A stretch of 64,000 bases of DNA. It comes from an uncultured Candidatus Micrarchaeota archaeon. Lineage in GTDB: Archaea > Micrarchaeota > Micrarchaeia > Anstonellales > Bilamarchaeaceae. Within the stretch, counting starts at the first letter, position 1. Every line of letters begins with the position of its first letter. The notes beneath the pieces were generated by a model that saw only the letters and a list, made by a program, of their open reading frames with translations, was not told where the DNA came from and searched no databases. Of the stretch, positions 40,918 through 50,992 are shown piece by piece. Where the stretch lies: assembly GCA_963714085.1 (NCBI GenBank), contig OY970229.1, positions 100,849 through 164,848 of the forward strand, written 5' to 3'. A program made the translations under genes and the position numbers.

Positions 40918-41373
40918 TTATAAACTGTAGCTGTCCTCGAGTTTTTTCAGCGCTGCGTCTATGTTCCCGAACGCGGAATCCGCCTTGCGGAAGTAGAAAT
41001 CGCGGAACAGGGAGTTGAGGCTCTTGCCCTCGTCCTCCGAAAGCGCGTAGCGCCCCTTCTTCCTTGTGAGCATGCCCGCGTTCTTGAGCCTCAGCAGGTG
41101 GTAGTACACCGCCTTGGCGTTCGGCTTGGCGCGCGTCTCTGCCTCCAGCCGGTCGAGTATGTCCTTGGTGGTCGGCGACTCCTTCCTCACGTGGAAATAC
41201 AGCAACGCGTCGAACACGTCGAGGAGCAGCGTCCTGGACTCGTTTGGCAGTATGAGCCCCAGCGAGAGCGCGACCCAGCGCACCAGCGACTTCCGCGCGA
41301 GCAGCACGTCCTGGGGGAGCGCCATGTCCCGCAGCACGAGCTCCGACCTTATGAGCCTTGATTCTGGAATCAT
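40918..41373 (-). CDS. Winged-helix hypothetical protein
   Basis: RWVALSLGLI.PNESR..AVYYHLLRLKNAGML..KGRY. Confidence 0.75.
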   Translation of the reverse strand: MIPESRLIRSELVLRDMALPQDVLLARKSLVRWVALSLGLILPNESRTLLLDVFDALLYFHVRKESPTTKDILDRLEAETRAKPNAKAVYYHLLRLKNAGMLTRKKGRYALSEDEGKSLNSLFRDFYFRKADSAFGNIDAALKKLEDSYSL

Positions 41374-41449
41374 GTTTGAATCTCCATGCCATACAATAAA
41401 AACCTTATCAATCACGTTAGTAACCAGATGGAAGGCGGGTTTTGAGAAA

Positions 41450-41821
41450 ATGGTCAACTTCGACGTTGTGACGCATCCGGACGTGGTGTTCGCCTATTCC
41501 CCTAATTATGTCGAGAGCACGATAAAGGTGAGCAACCCGGTCGGCGAGGCGTCCTGGGCAGAGGCCGACGTCTACGTCCCGAGCAAATTGTCCCTCAGCC
41601 CTGACAGCATGCTCAGGAAGGGGAGGATACGCGTCGGCGTGGTGGAGAAGAGCGAGACCAGGGAGAAGGCCGTGCGCATATACGCGAACCCGTATACCAG
41701 CCCCCAGGTCTACAGGTGCAAGATCGTGCTCTACATCTACAGCAAGGACGGCGTCATCGCCTCGCGGCTGGAGAAGGCGATGGACATACGGTGCGAGATG
41801 AAGAAGGCCGACACGATCTGA
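41450..41821 (+). CDS. Hypothetical protein
   Basis: MVNFDVV.. ORF with host-like codons. Confidence 0.7.
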   Translation: MVNFDVVTHPDVVFAYSPNYVESTIKVSNPVGEASWAEADVYVPSKLSLSPDSMLRKGRIRVGVVEKSETREKAVRIYANPYTSPQVYRCKIVLYIYSKDGVIASRLEKAMDIRCEMKKADTI

Positions 41822-41824
41822 TCC

Positions 41825-42328
41825 TCACTTAGCCGGGCGCCTGGAGCGGCGTGCGTAGCTCTTCGCGTAATCCTTCTTCGTGTTGAACTGTATCAATGAT
41901 TCCGTCTGGGCCACGGTGTCGAACGTCCTCAGGTATCCGAATATGAAGTCGCTCAGCTCGTCGTTGTCCCGCACGCGCACCTTTATCAGGAAGTCGAACT
42001 GGCCCCCGGTCACGGCCATGTCCTCCACTGCCTCCTGCTTCGGCGCGTCCTCGAGCAGCTCGTTGTAGTCGGTGCCCGCCTTGCACCGGATCAGGATGTA
42101 TGCGATCGTCTTCTTCCCCAGTTTCTCGTAGTCCAGGACCGTGACGAACTTCTTGATTATGCCCTCCTTGATGAGCTTCTTGAGGCGCCGGTTCACGGTC
42201 GCGACGGGTATGCCGGTCTTGCGCCCGATCTGCCTGCTGGATAATCTCGCGTTGTCCTTTATCGCATCTATTATCTCCAGGTCTATCCGGTCGGGTTCCA
42301 TAATTTGATTCATTTGTACCATACGCAT
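41825..42328 (-). CDS. Lrp/AsnC family regulator
   Basis: DRIDLEII..NARLS..ATVNRRLKKL..GII..VTGGQFDF. Confidence 0.93.
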   Translation of the reverse strand: MRMVQMNQIMEPDRIDLEIIDAIKDNARLSSRQIGRKTGIPVATVNRRLKKLIKEGIIKKFVTVLDYEKLGKKTIAYILIRCKAGTDYNELLEDAPKQEAVEDMAVTGGQFDFLIKVRVRDNDELSDFIFGYLRTFDTVAQTESLIQFNTKKDYAKSYARRSRRPAK

Positions 42329-42431
42329 TATAAAATATGCTGCTTTTGCGCCTTTTGAGCCATTTTCGTGAGGAATAATTTATATAACTCATCCAAAGCA
42401 TGAGTTGGATTATGAAAAAGGAGGTGGGGAT

Positions 42432-43985
42432 ATGGTTTTGCTGAGCGAACTGAAAAAAAAGCGGGGATCCAACGATACGGGATCGCAGAGCCGGGTTCCG
42501 CCGGGAAACTCCCTGGAGCGCGATCGGAATTATGTTAGATTCGTCAAATTGCCCACGAGCCTGCTCAACGAACCTGCGACTGGAAGCGCTGCGAAACCGA
42601 CGAAGGAGACGCTTAACGCAGAGCTCCTGGATGCCGTCGAGGCGAGGAATCTCAATGCCGTGAAAAGGGCGCTGGACGGCGGGGCGGATCCCAACACGAA
42701 GGGCTTCATGGGGCGTTCGGTATGGAATATCGCCGATGGCAACGGCTACGGAGAGATCGCAGACGAATTGAAGAGCCGCGGGGCCATCACCGCTCCAGAC
42801 GAGCCAGGACGTGAGATCCCGGACTCCACGGTCCAGCAGCTTTGCATAAAGAGCCTGTTGCAAACGCCGCAACCTCCGGCTGCACCGTCCCTTGCTGCGG
42901 AACCGCCGATGTGCCTGACTCCTGCGCCGGTGGGCGCGGTGAGCGAGGACGGGGACGACGAAGCCGGCATATACAGGTTCGGGGCGCTCCGCAGAACGCT
43001 CAGAGAACTGGCATCGAGCAGGATGACGGCACTTTATACTGGACTGATGGCTGGGATACTCGGCTTGGCTGCCGCCCATGGAATCTCGAACAAGATCGAC
43101 GAACACCGCTCCGCGAAAGCCGAGATGGTGGGCCGGAAGGCCCCGGAAGCGTCTGCCCGGGCCGAGAAACCAAAGGCTCCGATAACTGAGCAGGAACTGA
43201 GGGCGAACAACAAAAAGCTCATCGATGCGGTGCGGGGAGGCGATGAGGGTTCCGCATGGGGCGCTTACCAAGACGGGGTGAGCAGGGAAGCGGTGAACGA
43301 AGCACGGCGGCTCGCTGCGTTGGGTAAGAACGAGAAGATGCTGAAATTAACATATGATATACGCGAGCGTATGCGCGTCCTGGATCCGGACCAGGCCAAA
43401 CCGCAGTACGATGGGAAAAATGAGAACAACGCAGACCTCATCAGGGCCGCGCATCCGGTGCTAATCCCCAGGGATACCTACTGGGACTGGAAGACCGGCC
43501 CCATAAAGCGCGCTCTGAGTAAGGGAACGAGCAAGGAAGCGTTGTCCGACGCACTGCTGACGGTTACGGCGTACAATCCACCAGACAGGTTGAAGCCCGC
43601 CAGGATGGAGATCGCGTACCTGATCGCGCAGCGCATGGAGCCGATGGCCGAACCCGGAGCCAAGGCGGAAGGGAAACCGAAGGACCCGCAGCAGGCTGAG
43701 CCGAAGGAGGCTTCTCGTGCCCAGCCGGTTCCAAAAACCCCAGGGGCATCGCTCGCGCCCGGAGAGAAACAGGAGCTGCGCGGATCTTACGGCATCAACA
43801 TGCCCGGGGGGAAGGCAGCCGAGAGCCAGCATGCGGCGACGGCCCGGGGCAGGGCGCTCACGCCCGGAGAGAAGCAGAAGCTGCGCGAAGAGCTCGGCGA
43901 TGCCATGAAACGGGACGATGGGGAGGCAGTTAATAGGATACTGAAAAAAGCCGGTTTGGGTTCCCGGATACCTACGGCTGAGTAG
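42432..43985 (+). CDS. Membrane protein with ankyrin-like repeats
   Basis: GGAGGTG RBS; LLDAVEARNLNAVKRALDGGADPN..G.S; central TM helix. Confidence 0.72.
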   Translation: MVLLSELKKKRGSNDTGSQSRVPPGNSLERDRNYVRFVKLPTSLLNEPATGSAAKPTKETLNAELLDAVEARNLNAVKRALDGGADPNTKGFMGRSVWNIADGNGYGEIADELKSRGAITAPDEPGREIPDSTVQQLCIKSLLQTPQPPAAPSLAAEPPMCLTPAPVGAVSEDGDDEAGIYRFGALRRTLRELASSRMTALYTGLMAGILGLAAAHGISNKIDEHRSAKAEMVGRKAPEASARAEKPKAPITEQELRANNKKLIDAVRGGDEGSAWGAYQDGVSREAVNEARRLAALGKNEKMLKLTYDIRERMRVLDPDQAKPQYDGKNENNADLIRAAHPVLIPRDTYWDWKTGPIKRALSKGTSKEALSDALLTVTAYNPPDRLKPARMEIAYLIAQRMEPMAEPGAKAEGKPKDPQQAEPKEASRAQPVPKTPGASLAPGEKQELRGSYGINMPGGKAAESQHAATARGRALTPGEKQKLREELGDAMKRDDGEAVNRILKKAGLGSRIPTAE

Positions 43986-44004
43986 CCGCGCGGGGTTTAC
44001 GGAT

Positions 44005-45609
44005 ATGGCCAGGCATAAGGCCGGAAGGCTCGGCTTCCAGCAATCACGCATGGTTACGCCCCCTGCAGGCGCTTTCAGTCCGTATCTGGCAGGGCCGGAC
44101 ACGGGGATGCGGACCGGCGCGCCTCACGGATCCGTGCCGGCGAAGCGCTTGTGGAGGCGCCGCATGCTCGGCCCGGTCGCCGGCCTCATGCTGGGCGCGC
44201 TTTTTGTTTGCGGGATACAGGGCGGGGCGCAGGGGCGCACGCACCATGGGATGCGCGCGGACGGCCTGCTTTCCGAGGCTCTTGTCATGGCGGTAATGGA
44301 CAAACATGCCGCCATAGCGGAGATGCTCCTCAAGCGCGGGGCGGATGCGAACGCAACCGGTCCTTTCAACAAGACCGTCCTGATGTGGGCTGCGGAAAAC
44401 GGGGATGTAGAGACGGTGAACCTGCTCTTGGACCGCAATGTCGACGTGAACCTCAAGGACACCTGGTTCAGCGGCACCGCGCTGATGCGGGCCGCGGAGA
44501 GGGGCCACGGCGAGATCGTGGACCTGCTGCTGAGCAACTATGCGGATGTCAATGCCAGGAACAAGAACGGCGATACCGCGCTGACCTTGGCGGTCAGAAG
44601 CGGGAGTCCGAGGGTGGTGAACAGCCTGATCGTCGGAGGGGCAGAGATAGACGCCAAGAACGCCAACTGGGACACCGCACTGGGCCTGGCGGTGAAGAAG
44701 CCGGACGAGGCCCTCGTAGACCTGCTGCTGAGGAAGGGGGCAGACCCCAACGTGAGGGACAGATCCGGCGTCAGCCTGCTTGAGATCGCCTCTGCGACCG
44801 GGGACAGGAGGGATGTCACGCTGCTGATACGGAACGGGGCCCGCGTAGATCCGAATCTGAAGGACACGGTCACCATGTGGAACGCCTACCAGAAGAGGAG
44901 GACGGCGATAGAGCGGTCCGAGAAGCCTGGACTGGGCGAGAAAGACGACGGGGAGACCGCGCTCAAGCGCGCGTACGGAGAGCTGGTCATAGGCGAGAAA
45001 GAGGCGCTGGAATTGCACGAGAGGTTCGGGATAGAGGAGTTCGACAGGTATCCCAAAGGGGTGCTCGAGAGCATGTACGCTAACCTCGGCAGGCAGGCCG
45101 CCAGGCCGCCCATCCTCCACGTAGTCGCGAGATCGGATTACAGCGGCGCGGTCTATGACTACATCGGCTGGGTGTTCAAGCTGGACCATTACAAGGCGTT
45201 CATAGCCGAAGCGGAAAGCGTGGTGGACCTACGGTCCCGGGTGAGGTATACCGCAGAGACCTACGGCAGGATCGAGTCGATGGTGCTTGGGGGCCATGGC
45301 GAGAAGGACAGGATACAGCTCGGATACAAGGAGAATGGAGGAATCCTCACGCTGCGCGATGAGAACGACATCGCGCAGCTGAAGCCGTATTTCGTGAGCA
45401 ATCCGACCATCGTGATCGACGCGTGTTCGACCGGGGAAGACGAGATGGCCATAGCCGCCATGTTCTCGAGGGCGCTCGATGCGACCGCGTTCGCACCGGT
45501 CGCGGTCGCGGAGTTCCGTGGATGCGAAGTGGACGACCAGGGAAGGATAACCGGGGCGCGCTTCGACGTGCCGACCGCCAAGTTCGTGAGCGGCAAGCTG
45601 GTGAAGTGA
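44005..45609 (+). CDS. Ankyrin-repeat protein with a C-terminal caspase-fold (clan CD/DUF4347-like) domain; start uncertain
   Basis: About six TAL..A..G...V..LL..GADVN repeats after a TM helix; LGGHG and IVIDACSTG. Confidence 0.82.
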   Translation: MARHKAGRLGFQQSRMVTPPAGAFSPYLAGPDTGMRTGAPHGSVPAKRLWRRRMLGPVAGLMLGALFVCGIQGGAQGRTHHGMRADGLLSEALVMAVMDKHAAIAEMLLKRGADANATGPFNKTVLMWAAENGDVETVNLLLDRNVDVNLKDTWFSGTALMRAAERGHGEIVDLLLSNYADVNARNKNGDTALTLAVRSGSPRVVNSLIVGGAEIDAKNANWDTALGLAVKKPDEALVDLLLRKGADPNVRDRSGVSLLEIASATGDRRDVTLLIRNGARVDPNLKDTVTMWNAYQKRRTAIERSEKPGLGEKDDGETALKRAYGELVIGEKEALELHERFGIEEFDRYPKGVLESMYANLGRQAARPPILHVVARSDYSGAVYDYIGWVFKLDHYKAFIAEAESVVDLRSRVRYTAETYGRIESMVLGGHGEKDRIQLGYKENGGILTLRDENDIAQLKPYFVSNPTIVIDACSTGEDEMAIAAMFSRALDATAFAPVAVAEFRGCEVDDQGRITGARFDVPTAKFVSGKLVK

Positions 45610-45651
45610 TTCTTCGGATATCCGAACGTTGATGCCACGGAAGTGACCATC

Positions 45652-45894
45652 ATGGGAACTGGGGCGGGTGGACGGCGGGGCAGGTACATCGGGATAATGC
45701 GGCGGCTGGAAGAGGGATACGGCGCCGTGAAAACCATGGAGGGCTACGAGGCGGTCTTCAGGGAGCAGCTGGGTGCGGTGAGGCGCATGAGGGACAGGAA
45801 GGCGCTGAGAAGGCTGGATGCCTGCATCAATTCCGTCCTGAACGCCAGGAAGGAGGCGCTGGACAGGGTGTCGCAGAGGGCCAAAAAACCGTGA
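45652..45894 (+). CDS. Small hypothetical protein
   Basis: Short basic helical ORF following the ankyrin gene. Confidence 0.4.
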   Translation: MGTGAGGRRGRYIGIMRRLEEGYGAVKTMEGYEAVFREQLGAVRRMRDRKALRRLDACINSVLNARKEALDRVSQRAKKP

Positions 45895-46139
45895 CCCGGA
45901 CCGGTTTTTTCGGCGTTGGAAGTGTCCCTGATACAAACATTTATATATTTCGCGTTTGTTACCAACCATCCCCATGTGAAAAGTTGTGCAGGTGACCAGT
46001 ATGTTCGGTTGGATATTGAAGACGAATTGGGATATAGGAAGGATAATGAGGTACTACAGGCAGCACAGGCGCATGCGCTCCTGAATCTGCCGATCTTCAT
46101 TCTTTTTTCCGTTCTTCCAGCCTTGCCCTTACGCGATTT

Positions 46140-46880
46140 TCACGCCGTGGTCCTGCGGTCTCCGGTGAGCCTCAGTTTCTCCGCCAGCAGCGGGACGCGG
46201 AGCGTCTTCACGCCCCTCGGATGGCTGCGGCAATTGGTGTCCGTATCCACGATTGCGCCGTGCTGTATATGGTCCAGCGCATCGAGAAGCTTCGCTTTCG
46301 CGGGCTTGTCGTGCCCCAGCCTCTCCATATTCCTCTGCAGCGCAGGGACCGCGATGGCATCGAACCTCTCCTCGCGGGAATCGAGCTCGGAGCGGGGCCA
46401 GTCCAGACGCACGGCCCTCACCAGCTCGGCGCATCTCTGCGCGATGATCGGCTCGTCCGAGAGGCCGTTTATGACCACTTCCATCTCGCCATCGGTCCTG
46501 CGCAATCCCCTCTGCAACGCGGTCTCCAGCGCGCCCAGCGCCGCCAGCCTCAATCCCGCTTCATCCGGAGCCGTCTTTTCCCCGGCGTAGCGCACGACCG
46601 TCCGCATCACCCCGGCGGATTCAAGGAGGCTCATCGCCGGCAGGTAGTCCCGGGCGGAATCGATGCTTTCCATCTCTCCGGTCGGCGCGTCCATCTGCCC
46701 GATCCGCGTGTCCATCTCCCTGAGGACGAAGGCCTTGCCGGAAGCGTCCAGGGCCAGCTCGGACAGCGCCTTGAGGAGCTGCGTGGCCGAAGCGCTGCGG
46801 ACCGCGAGCTCGAAATCGCCCTCGAAATAGGGTCTGACCGTTTCCCATGGATGTTTGTAAAAATTCTTCAGATATTCCAT
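46140..46880 (-). CDS. Hypothetical helical protein
   Basis: GAGGT RBS and AT-rich promoter tract at ~46896-46925. Confidence 0.7.
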   Translation of the reverse strand: MEYLKNFYKHPWETVRPYFEGDFELAVRSASATQLLKALSELALDASGKAFVLREMDTRIGQMDAPTGEMESIDSARDYLPAMSLLESAGVMRTVVRYAGEKTAPDEAGLRLAALGALETALQRGLRRTDGEMEVVINGLSDEPIIAQRCAELVRAVRLDWPRSELDSREERFDAIAVPALQRNMERLGHDKPAKAKLLDALDHIQHGAIVDTDTNCRSHPRGVKTLRVPLLAEKLRLTGDRRTTA

Positions 46881-46967
46881 AATCTGACCTCGTTGAAATA
46901 ATCATTATAACGATGGTATTAAAAATGCAATCTTGTGACGAGCTGCGGCGGATTTCAACCCGGGTTT

Positions 46968-47363
46968 TCACGCTTCTATCCTTCCCTTGTCGGCGTCCAC
47001 TTCGACCCGCATCCCGTCCTTGAGTTCCTTGAAGACGTCCTTCTCGGGCTTGTCCACCATGGGTATCTTCGAGATTATGGCGCCCACCGCGATTATCGGC
47101 TCGGCCGAGACGTTTATTATGGCCGCCGGAGCCTTGCCGTTCTTCGCGAGCTGGAGCATGACGTACGAGCCGACCGTGGAGCCCTTGCCGTTCGGGAAGA
47201 CCAGCACCTTGCCTGCGACGTTCTTCCCTTCCAGGGGATGGCCCTTCTCGATGATGACGCCGGTCTCCGGGTCCACGCCGCCGAGGAATCCTATCGGCGC
47301 GTGGCTGATGAGCGCCTCGCCCGAGGCCTTGCCGCGCGATATGCTCCTGGCCTTGATGTCCAT
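46968..47363 (-). CDS. Aconitase X small subunit (DUF126), phosphomevalonate dehydratase
   Basis: FLGGVDPETG..HPL.G..GKGSTVGSYV..APAAII. Confidence 0.93.
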   Translation of the reverse strand: MDIKARSISRGKASGEALISHAPIGFLGGVDPETGVIIEKGHPLEGKNVAGKVLVFPNGKGSTVGSYVMLQLAKNGKAPAAIINVSAEPIIAVGAIISKIPMVDKPEKDVFKELKDGMRVEVDADKGRIEA

Positions 47364-47923
47364 CAGTATCCCCTTAGCGCCTTCAGCGCCATCAGGAGCG
47401 GGTTGATGGCGAAGATTATGTTGAGCACGACCCATATCGCCGCCACGTCGTGCTTGTCGTAGTAGTAATCCACGAACGAATACAATGCGATGACCAGACT
47501 GCCCACGCCGAGTAACAGCCCGAAGTACAACGGATGCGCGGTGGCATCCGTCGCGAAACCGGCCCCTACGAGGAGCAGCCCCGCGCTGGACACGATGCCC
47601 CATGCGCCGCTATCATATTTTTTGGTCAATCGCAGATAGATTATCCCCACCAGGGCCGCGCCCAGGAGCACGGCGTATTTGACCACGTCGCTGATCGCCA
47701 GGAAGGCGAACATGGAGCCGAGGCTGATGACGATCTCCAGGACGAACAGGGTCCCCTGCCTGCCCAGGTACGCGCATAGGGTCAGCATGAGCGCCCCGAT
47801 GACGAACAGTGACCGCTGCAGCAGCGATGCCGGCTCGGAGACCACCCCGATCAGCAGCAGTATCATCGCGCTTATCCCGATATAAAGAACCAGGATGTCC
47901 GTCCCTTTTGGTGTTGGCCTCAT
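47363..47923 (-). CDS. Multi-pass membrane protein inside the AcnX operon
   Basis: Six to seven hydrophobic segments; its TGA overlaps the next ATG (TGATG). Confidence 0.8.
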   Translation of the reverse strand: MRPTPKGTDILVLYIGISAMILLLIGVVSEPASLLQRSLFVIGALMLTLCAYLGRQGTLFVLEIVISLGSMFAFLAISDVVKYAVLLGAALVGIIYLRLTKKYDSGAWGIVSSAGLLLVGAGFATDATAHPLYFGLLLGVGSLVIALYSFVDYYYDKHDVAAIWVVLNIIFAINPLLMALKALRGY

Positions 47924-47927
47924 AGAA

Positions 47928-49109
47928 TCACCTGAACAGTATGTCTTCCAGATCGCCGAACGCGACCTTCTGCTTGCAGAGGTTCGGGAGGTAGGCGGCC
48001 GCCTTGCCGGAGTTCGTGCCGGTCACGACGTGGCCCATCTCCTCCAGCGGGCAGACCACCATGCAGGTGTCCGCGACTATCAGGCCGCCCGCGCCTTCTA
48101 TCGCCTTCCTGTAGCCGAGCCTGTCAGCCTCCTTCCTGAGCTTCCCGGACGTGCACACCCAGAACTCGCAGGTGGGCTTCCTTTCGGAGACGAGCTCCGC
48201 GACCTCTTTGATCTCTTCGAGCGATGCGTGCGGGCATCCTATGGTCACCAGATCCGGCTTGAGGCCGCTGTCCAGCCCCTTCCTGGAAGCGGACAGGTCC
48301 GCCTCCGTGAATTCGATGCGCTGCGCGTCCTGCGCAACGCTCCATTCAGGAGTGATGCCTTCCATGAAGAACAGCGGCACGGAGCCCGTGGCTGCCATGG
48401 ACGCGCCCAGGACTTTCAGCATGTGCTCGCCCGCTCTCTTTATCCCGCGGAACGCGGGATACTTGTTCTTCGCCATCTTGCCCACTGCGGAACCTATGGC
48501 GCCGAAATCCGCCATGGACTTGAGCTCGCAGCGCACGTCAATGAGTACGTCCGCCACGCGGTTCTCCTCCATATGGAGGCCGTAATACGGCGTCACTCCG
48601 CATATGGCCGCAGCCAATGCGCTCGGCCCGCCCTCGCGGTTCGTCCTCGCCCCGAGCACGGAGTTCGCGAACGCTATGGCGCTGGATTCTGACCATGCCA
48701 CGTGCTCGCCCTTCCCCGGGCGTATGCCTATGAAATACGGCGCGCAGGTGCAGGTCTTCATTATGCCCATGCTGGAGTACGCGTCCAGTATGGCTATCTG
48801 TTTTTTCGCGAAATCCTCCGGTATCTTCATCTCCCTCCACTGCTCCCTGTCCATTCCGGCGGGATTCAGGAACGATGGAACAACGGTCTTCGCGCCCTTG
48901 GAGGAGAGATCCTGGAGGTATTCCAATCCAGCGTCTCCGATCGTCTTGTACGATACTCCGGCTATCTGGGCGCTGGTGACCGGGATCATTTTTTGCGCGC
49001 CGTATATGTTGCCCAGTGCGACGAGGATCTCCATGGACTGCCGTGCGGCCTCGCCCAGTTCACCGTCATACATCTTCTGCTCTTGCTTCTTTAGGAGCAT
49101 CGGGTCCAC
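47928..49109 (-). CDS. Aconitase X large subunit (DUF521), phosphomevalonate dehydratase
   Basis: GVSYKTIGDAG, TCTCAPY, WSESSA..NSVLGARTNREGG, IGCPH, DTCMVV and TNSGKAA. Confidence 0.95.
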   Translation of the reverse strand: MDPMLLKKQEQKMYDGELGEAARQSMEILVALGNIYGAQKMIPVTSAQIAGVSYKTIGDAGLEYLQDLSSKGAKTVVPSFLNPAGMDREQWREMKIPEDFAKKQIAILDAYSSMGIMKTCTCAPYFIGIRPGKGEHVAWSESSAIAFANSVLGARTNREGGPSALAAAICGVTPYYGLHMEENRVADVLIDVRCELKSMADFGAIGSAVGKMAKNKYPAFRGIKRAGEHMLKVLGASMAATGSVPLFFMEGITPEWSVAQDAQRIEFTEADLSASRKGLDSGLKPDLVTIGCPHASLEEIKEVAELVSERKPTCEFWVCTSGKLRKEADRLGYRKAIEGAGGLIVADTCMVVCPLEEMGHVVTGTNSGKAAAYLPNLCKQKVAFGDLEDILFR

Positions 49110-49110
49110 A

Positions 49111-50418
49111 TCAGATATAGCGGCTGGGGTCGACGGCCATCCACCCCGCCTTGTCGAAGTTCTTGCCGTGCGCCACCAGCGGCTTCGTGGCGTCCACGCC
49201 CATCTTCGTGGTCGCGTAGGTGTGCGGGTCCGCGCTCGGGTCCAGCGACGAGCCCTTCTCGTTCCTCTTTATGAGCAGGGACTTGTCCGCTTGCACCCTT
49301 GTCGCGATCGCCCATTCCACGGACGAGGGGTCGTAGATGTCTATGTCTTCGTCCACTATCACCACGTGCTTGAGGGACTTGTGGCCGTGGAACGCGGCCT
49401 CTATGGCCTTCCTGCCGTCGTCGTCGCCCCTCTTCCTTATGGAGACCACAGCGTGGAGCCAGGAGCACCCGCCCGGGGTGATGTTGACGCCCCTGCAGTC
49501 GCAGACCTTGCCCACTTCGTTGAATATCGTCGGCTCCCTCGGCATGCCCATGAGGAGCTTGTGCTCCAGGGCGCCGGGAAGCAATGCGTGGAATATCGGG
49601 TCCTTGCGGTGATGCATCTTCGTTATCTTCATGACCTGCTGCTTGCGCACTATGTCATAGGTCTCCGTGAGGTCTATGAACGGCCCCTCGTCCGCCAGCT
49701 CGTTCGTTATCCTCCCCTCGAACGCGAACTCCGCATCGGCCGGGACCTCTATGCCGTTGCCCAGGCGCACTGTGCTCACCGGCGCGAGCGAGTTTGCGAC
49801 CTGGAGCTCGTCCTTCCCCAGCTCCGTGGACGTCGCCCCTGCGAGGAGCACGTTTATCGGAGCGCCCACCACGAACGCGACGTCGAGCTCGCCGCCCGAC
49901 CTTTTCAGGTATTCAGCCAGGTGCCTGGGCAGTATCCTCATGACGACCCTGTCCTTCCCTATCACCATCATCCTGTGGAAGGAGCAGTTCCTGCCCAGCC
50001 CGCTGTCGTTGGCGATCACGACCGCGGACGCGAAATACGGGCCGCCGTCCTTTTCGGCATGGAACGGAATCGGGAGCTTGCCCAGATCGACCTCTTTCTC
50101 GGTCACTTCGAGCACCGGGCCGGTGGAGACGACTTTCGGATTCGTCGGATTTTTTATCGCTTCCGCGAGCCTTGGCATGAGCTCCTTCTCCTTTATGCCC
50201 AGGTATCTGCACACCAGCGCGCGCGTGGAGAATAAATTCCCCGCGACCCTCGCGCCGGGATTCTCGGCTATCTTGTCGGTGTAGACCGGCCTTCCGTCCA
50301 GGGCCTTGAGCACGCCTGCGAGCTCCAGCCGCTTCGACACCGGTTTTTTTAGCTCCACGAGCGTCTTCTCCTTCCTCAGGAGGTCTATGAAATCGCGGAA
50401 CGACATCATGCTTTCCAC
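49111..50418 (-). CDS. UbiD-family decarboxylase (probable anhydromevalonate phosphate decarboxylase)
   Basis: DGGPY, SFHR, EGPF.D, VVIVDEDID and WAIATR; function inferred from mevalonate context. Confidence 0.92.
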   Translation of the reverse strand: MESMMSFRDFIDLLRKEKTLVELKKPVSKRLELAGVLKALDGRPVYTDKIAENPGARVAGNLFSTRALVCRYLGIKEKELMPRLAEAIKNPTNPKVVSTGPVLEVTEKEVDLGKLPIPFHAEKDGGPYFASAVVIANDSGLGRNCSFHRMMVIGKDRVVMRILPRHLAEYLKRSGGELDVAFVVGAPINVLLAGATSTELGKDELQVANSLAPVSTVRLGNGIEVPADAEFAFEGRITNELADEGPFIDLTETYDIVRKQQVMKITKMHHRKDPIFHALLPGALEHKLLMGMPREPTIFNEVGKVCDCRGVNITPGGCSWLHAVVSIRKRGDDDGRKAIEAAFHGHKSLKHVVIVDEDIDIYDPSSVEWAIATRVQADKSLLIKRNEKGSSLDPSADPHTYATTKMGVDATKPLVAHGKNFDKAGWMAVDPSRYI

Positions 50419-50939
50419 CTCTTTCCGATGCTGTGCTTGATACCGAGCTGGTCCAGCACGCGCGCCACCATGAAATCGAGCAGGTCATCTACATCCTTCG
50501 GCTTGCCGTAGAAGCCCGGCGACGCGGGCATTATGACCCCGCCTGCGAGCGTGACTGTCTCCATGTTCCTTATGGTTATGAGCGAATAAGGCGTGTCCCT
50601 CACCACGAGTATGAGCTTCCTCCGCTCCTTGAGGCAGACCTCGGCCGCGCGGGTTATCAGCGAGTTGCCCACTCCGTTCGCGATCTCGCCCAGGGTCTTG
50701 AGCGAGCACGGGCAGACCACCATGGCGTCCGGCGGGTTGGAGCCGGAGGCGTAGGGGCAGCTGAAATCCCTTTCCCCATAATCCGCCCTGGGGAGGGCCA
50801 CGCCTTCGGCCTTGGCGACCTCCTTCGCCCCTGAGCTGACCACGACCGAAACGTCCTGCTTCAGGGCTTTCAACGACCCGAGCAGCGACACCCCGTAAGG
50901 AAGGCCTGACGCTCCCGTGATTGCGAGAAGTATCTTCAT
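50406..50939 (-). CDS. ubiX: Flavin prenyltransferase
   Basis: AITGASG, ASGS, PCSLKTL, RAAEVCLKERR and PASPGFY. Confidence 0.95.
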   Translation of the reverse strand: MKILLAITGASGLPYGVSLLGSLKALKQDVSVVVSSGAKEVAKAEGVALPRADYGERDFSCPYASGSNPPDAMVVCPCSLKTLGEIANGVGNSLITRAAEVCLKERRKLILVVRDTPYSLITIRNMETVTLAGGVIMPASPGFYGKPKDVDDLLDFMVARVLDQLGIKHSIGKRWKA

Positions 50940-50992
50940 GACTGTTTTCTGCCTCAGAAGGCTTAAAAAAACCCCTTTTGCATGCTTATTCC

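Noticed and set aside
40895..41392. 584-aa HMGR fusion
   Set aside because: The extension is an alternate frame of the upstream wHTH gene; HMGR homology begins at MADFSGFY.
47364..47603. 211-aa version of the AcnX small subunit
   Set aside because: It overlaps the membrane-protein gene; the coupled ATG at 47363 fits DUF126.
41829..50235. Long antisense ORFs (e.g. 41829-43271, 44044-45189, 48604-50235)
   Set aside because: They are expected GC-rich shadows of well-supported genes and show no recognisable motifs.
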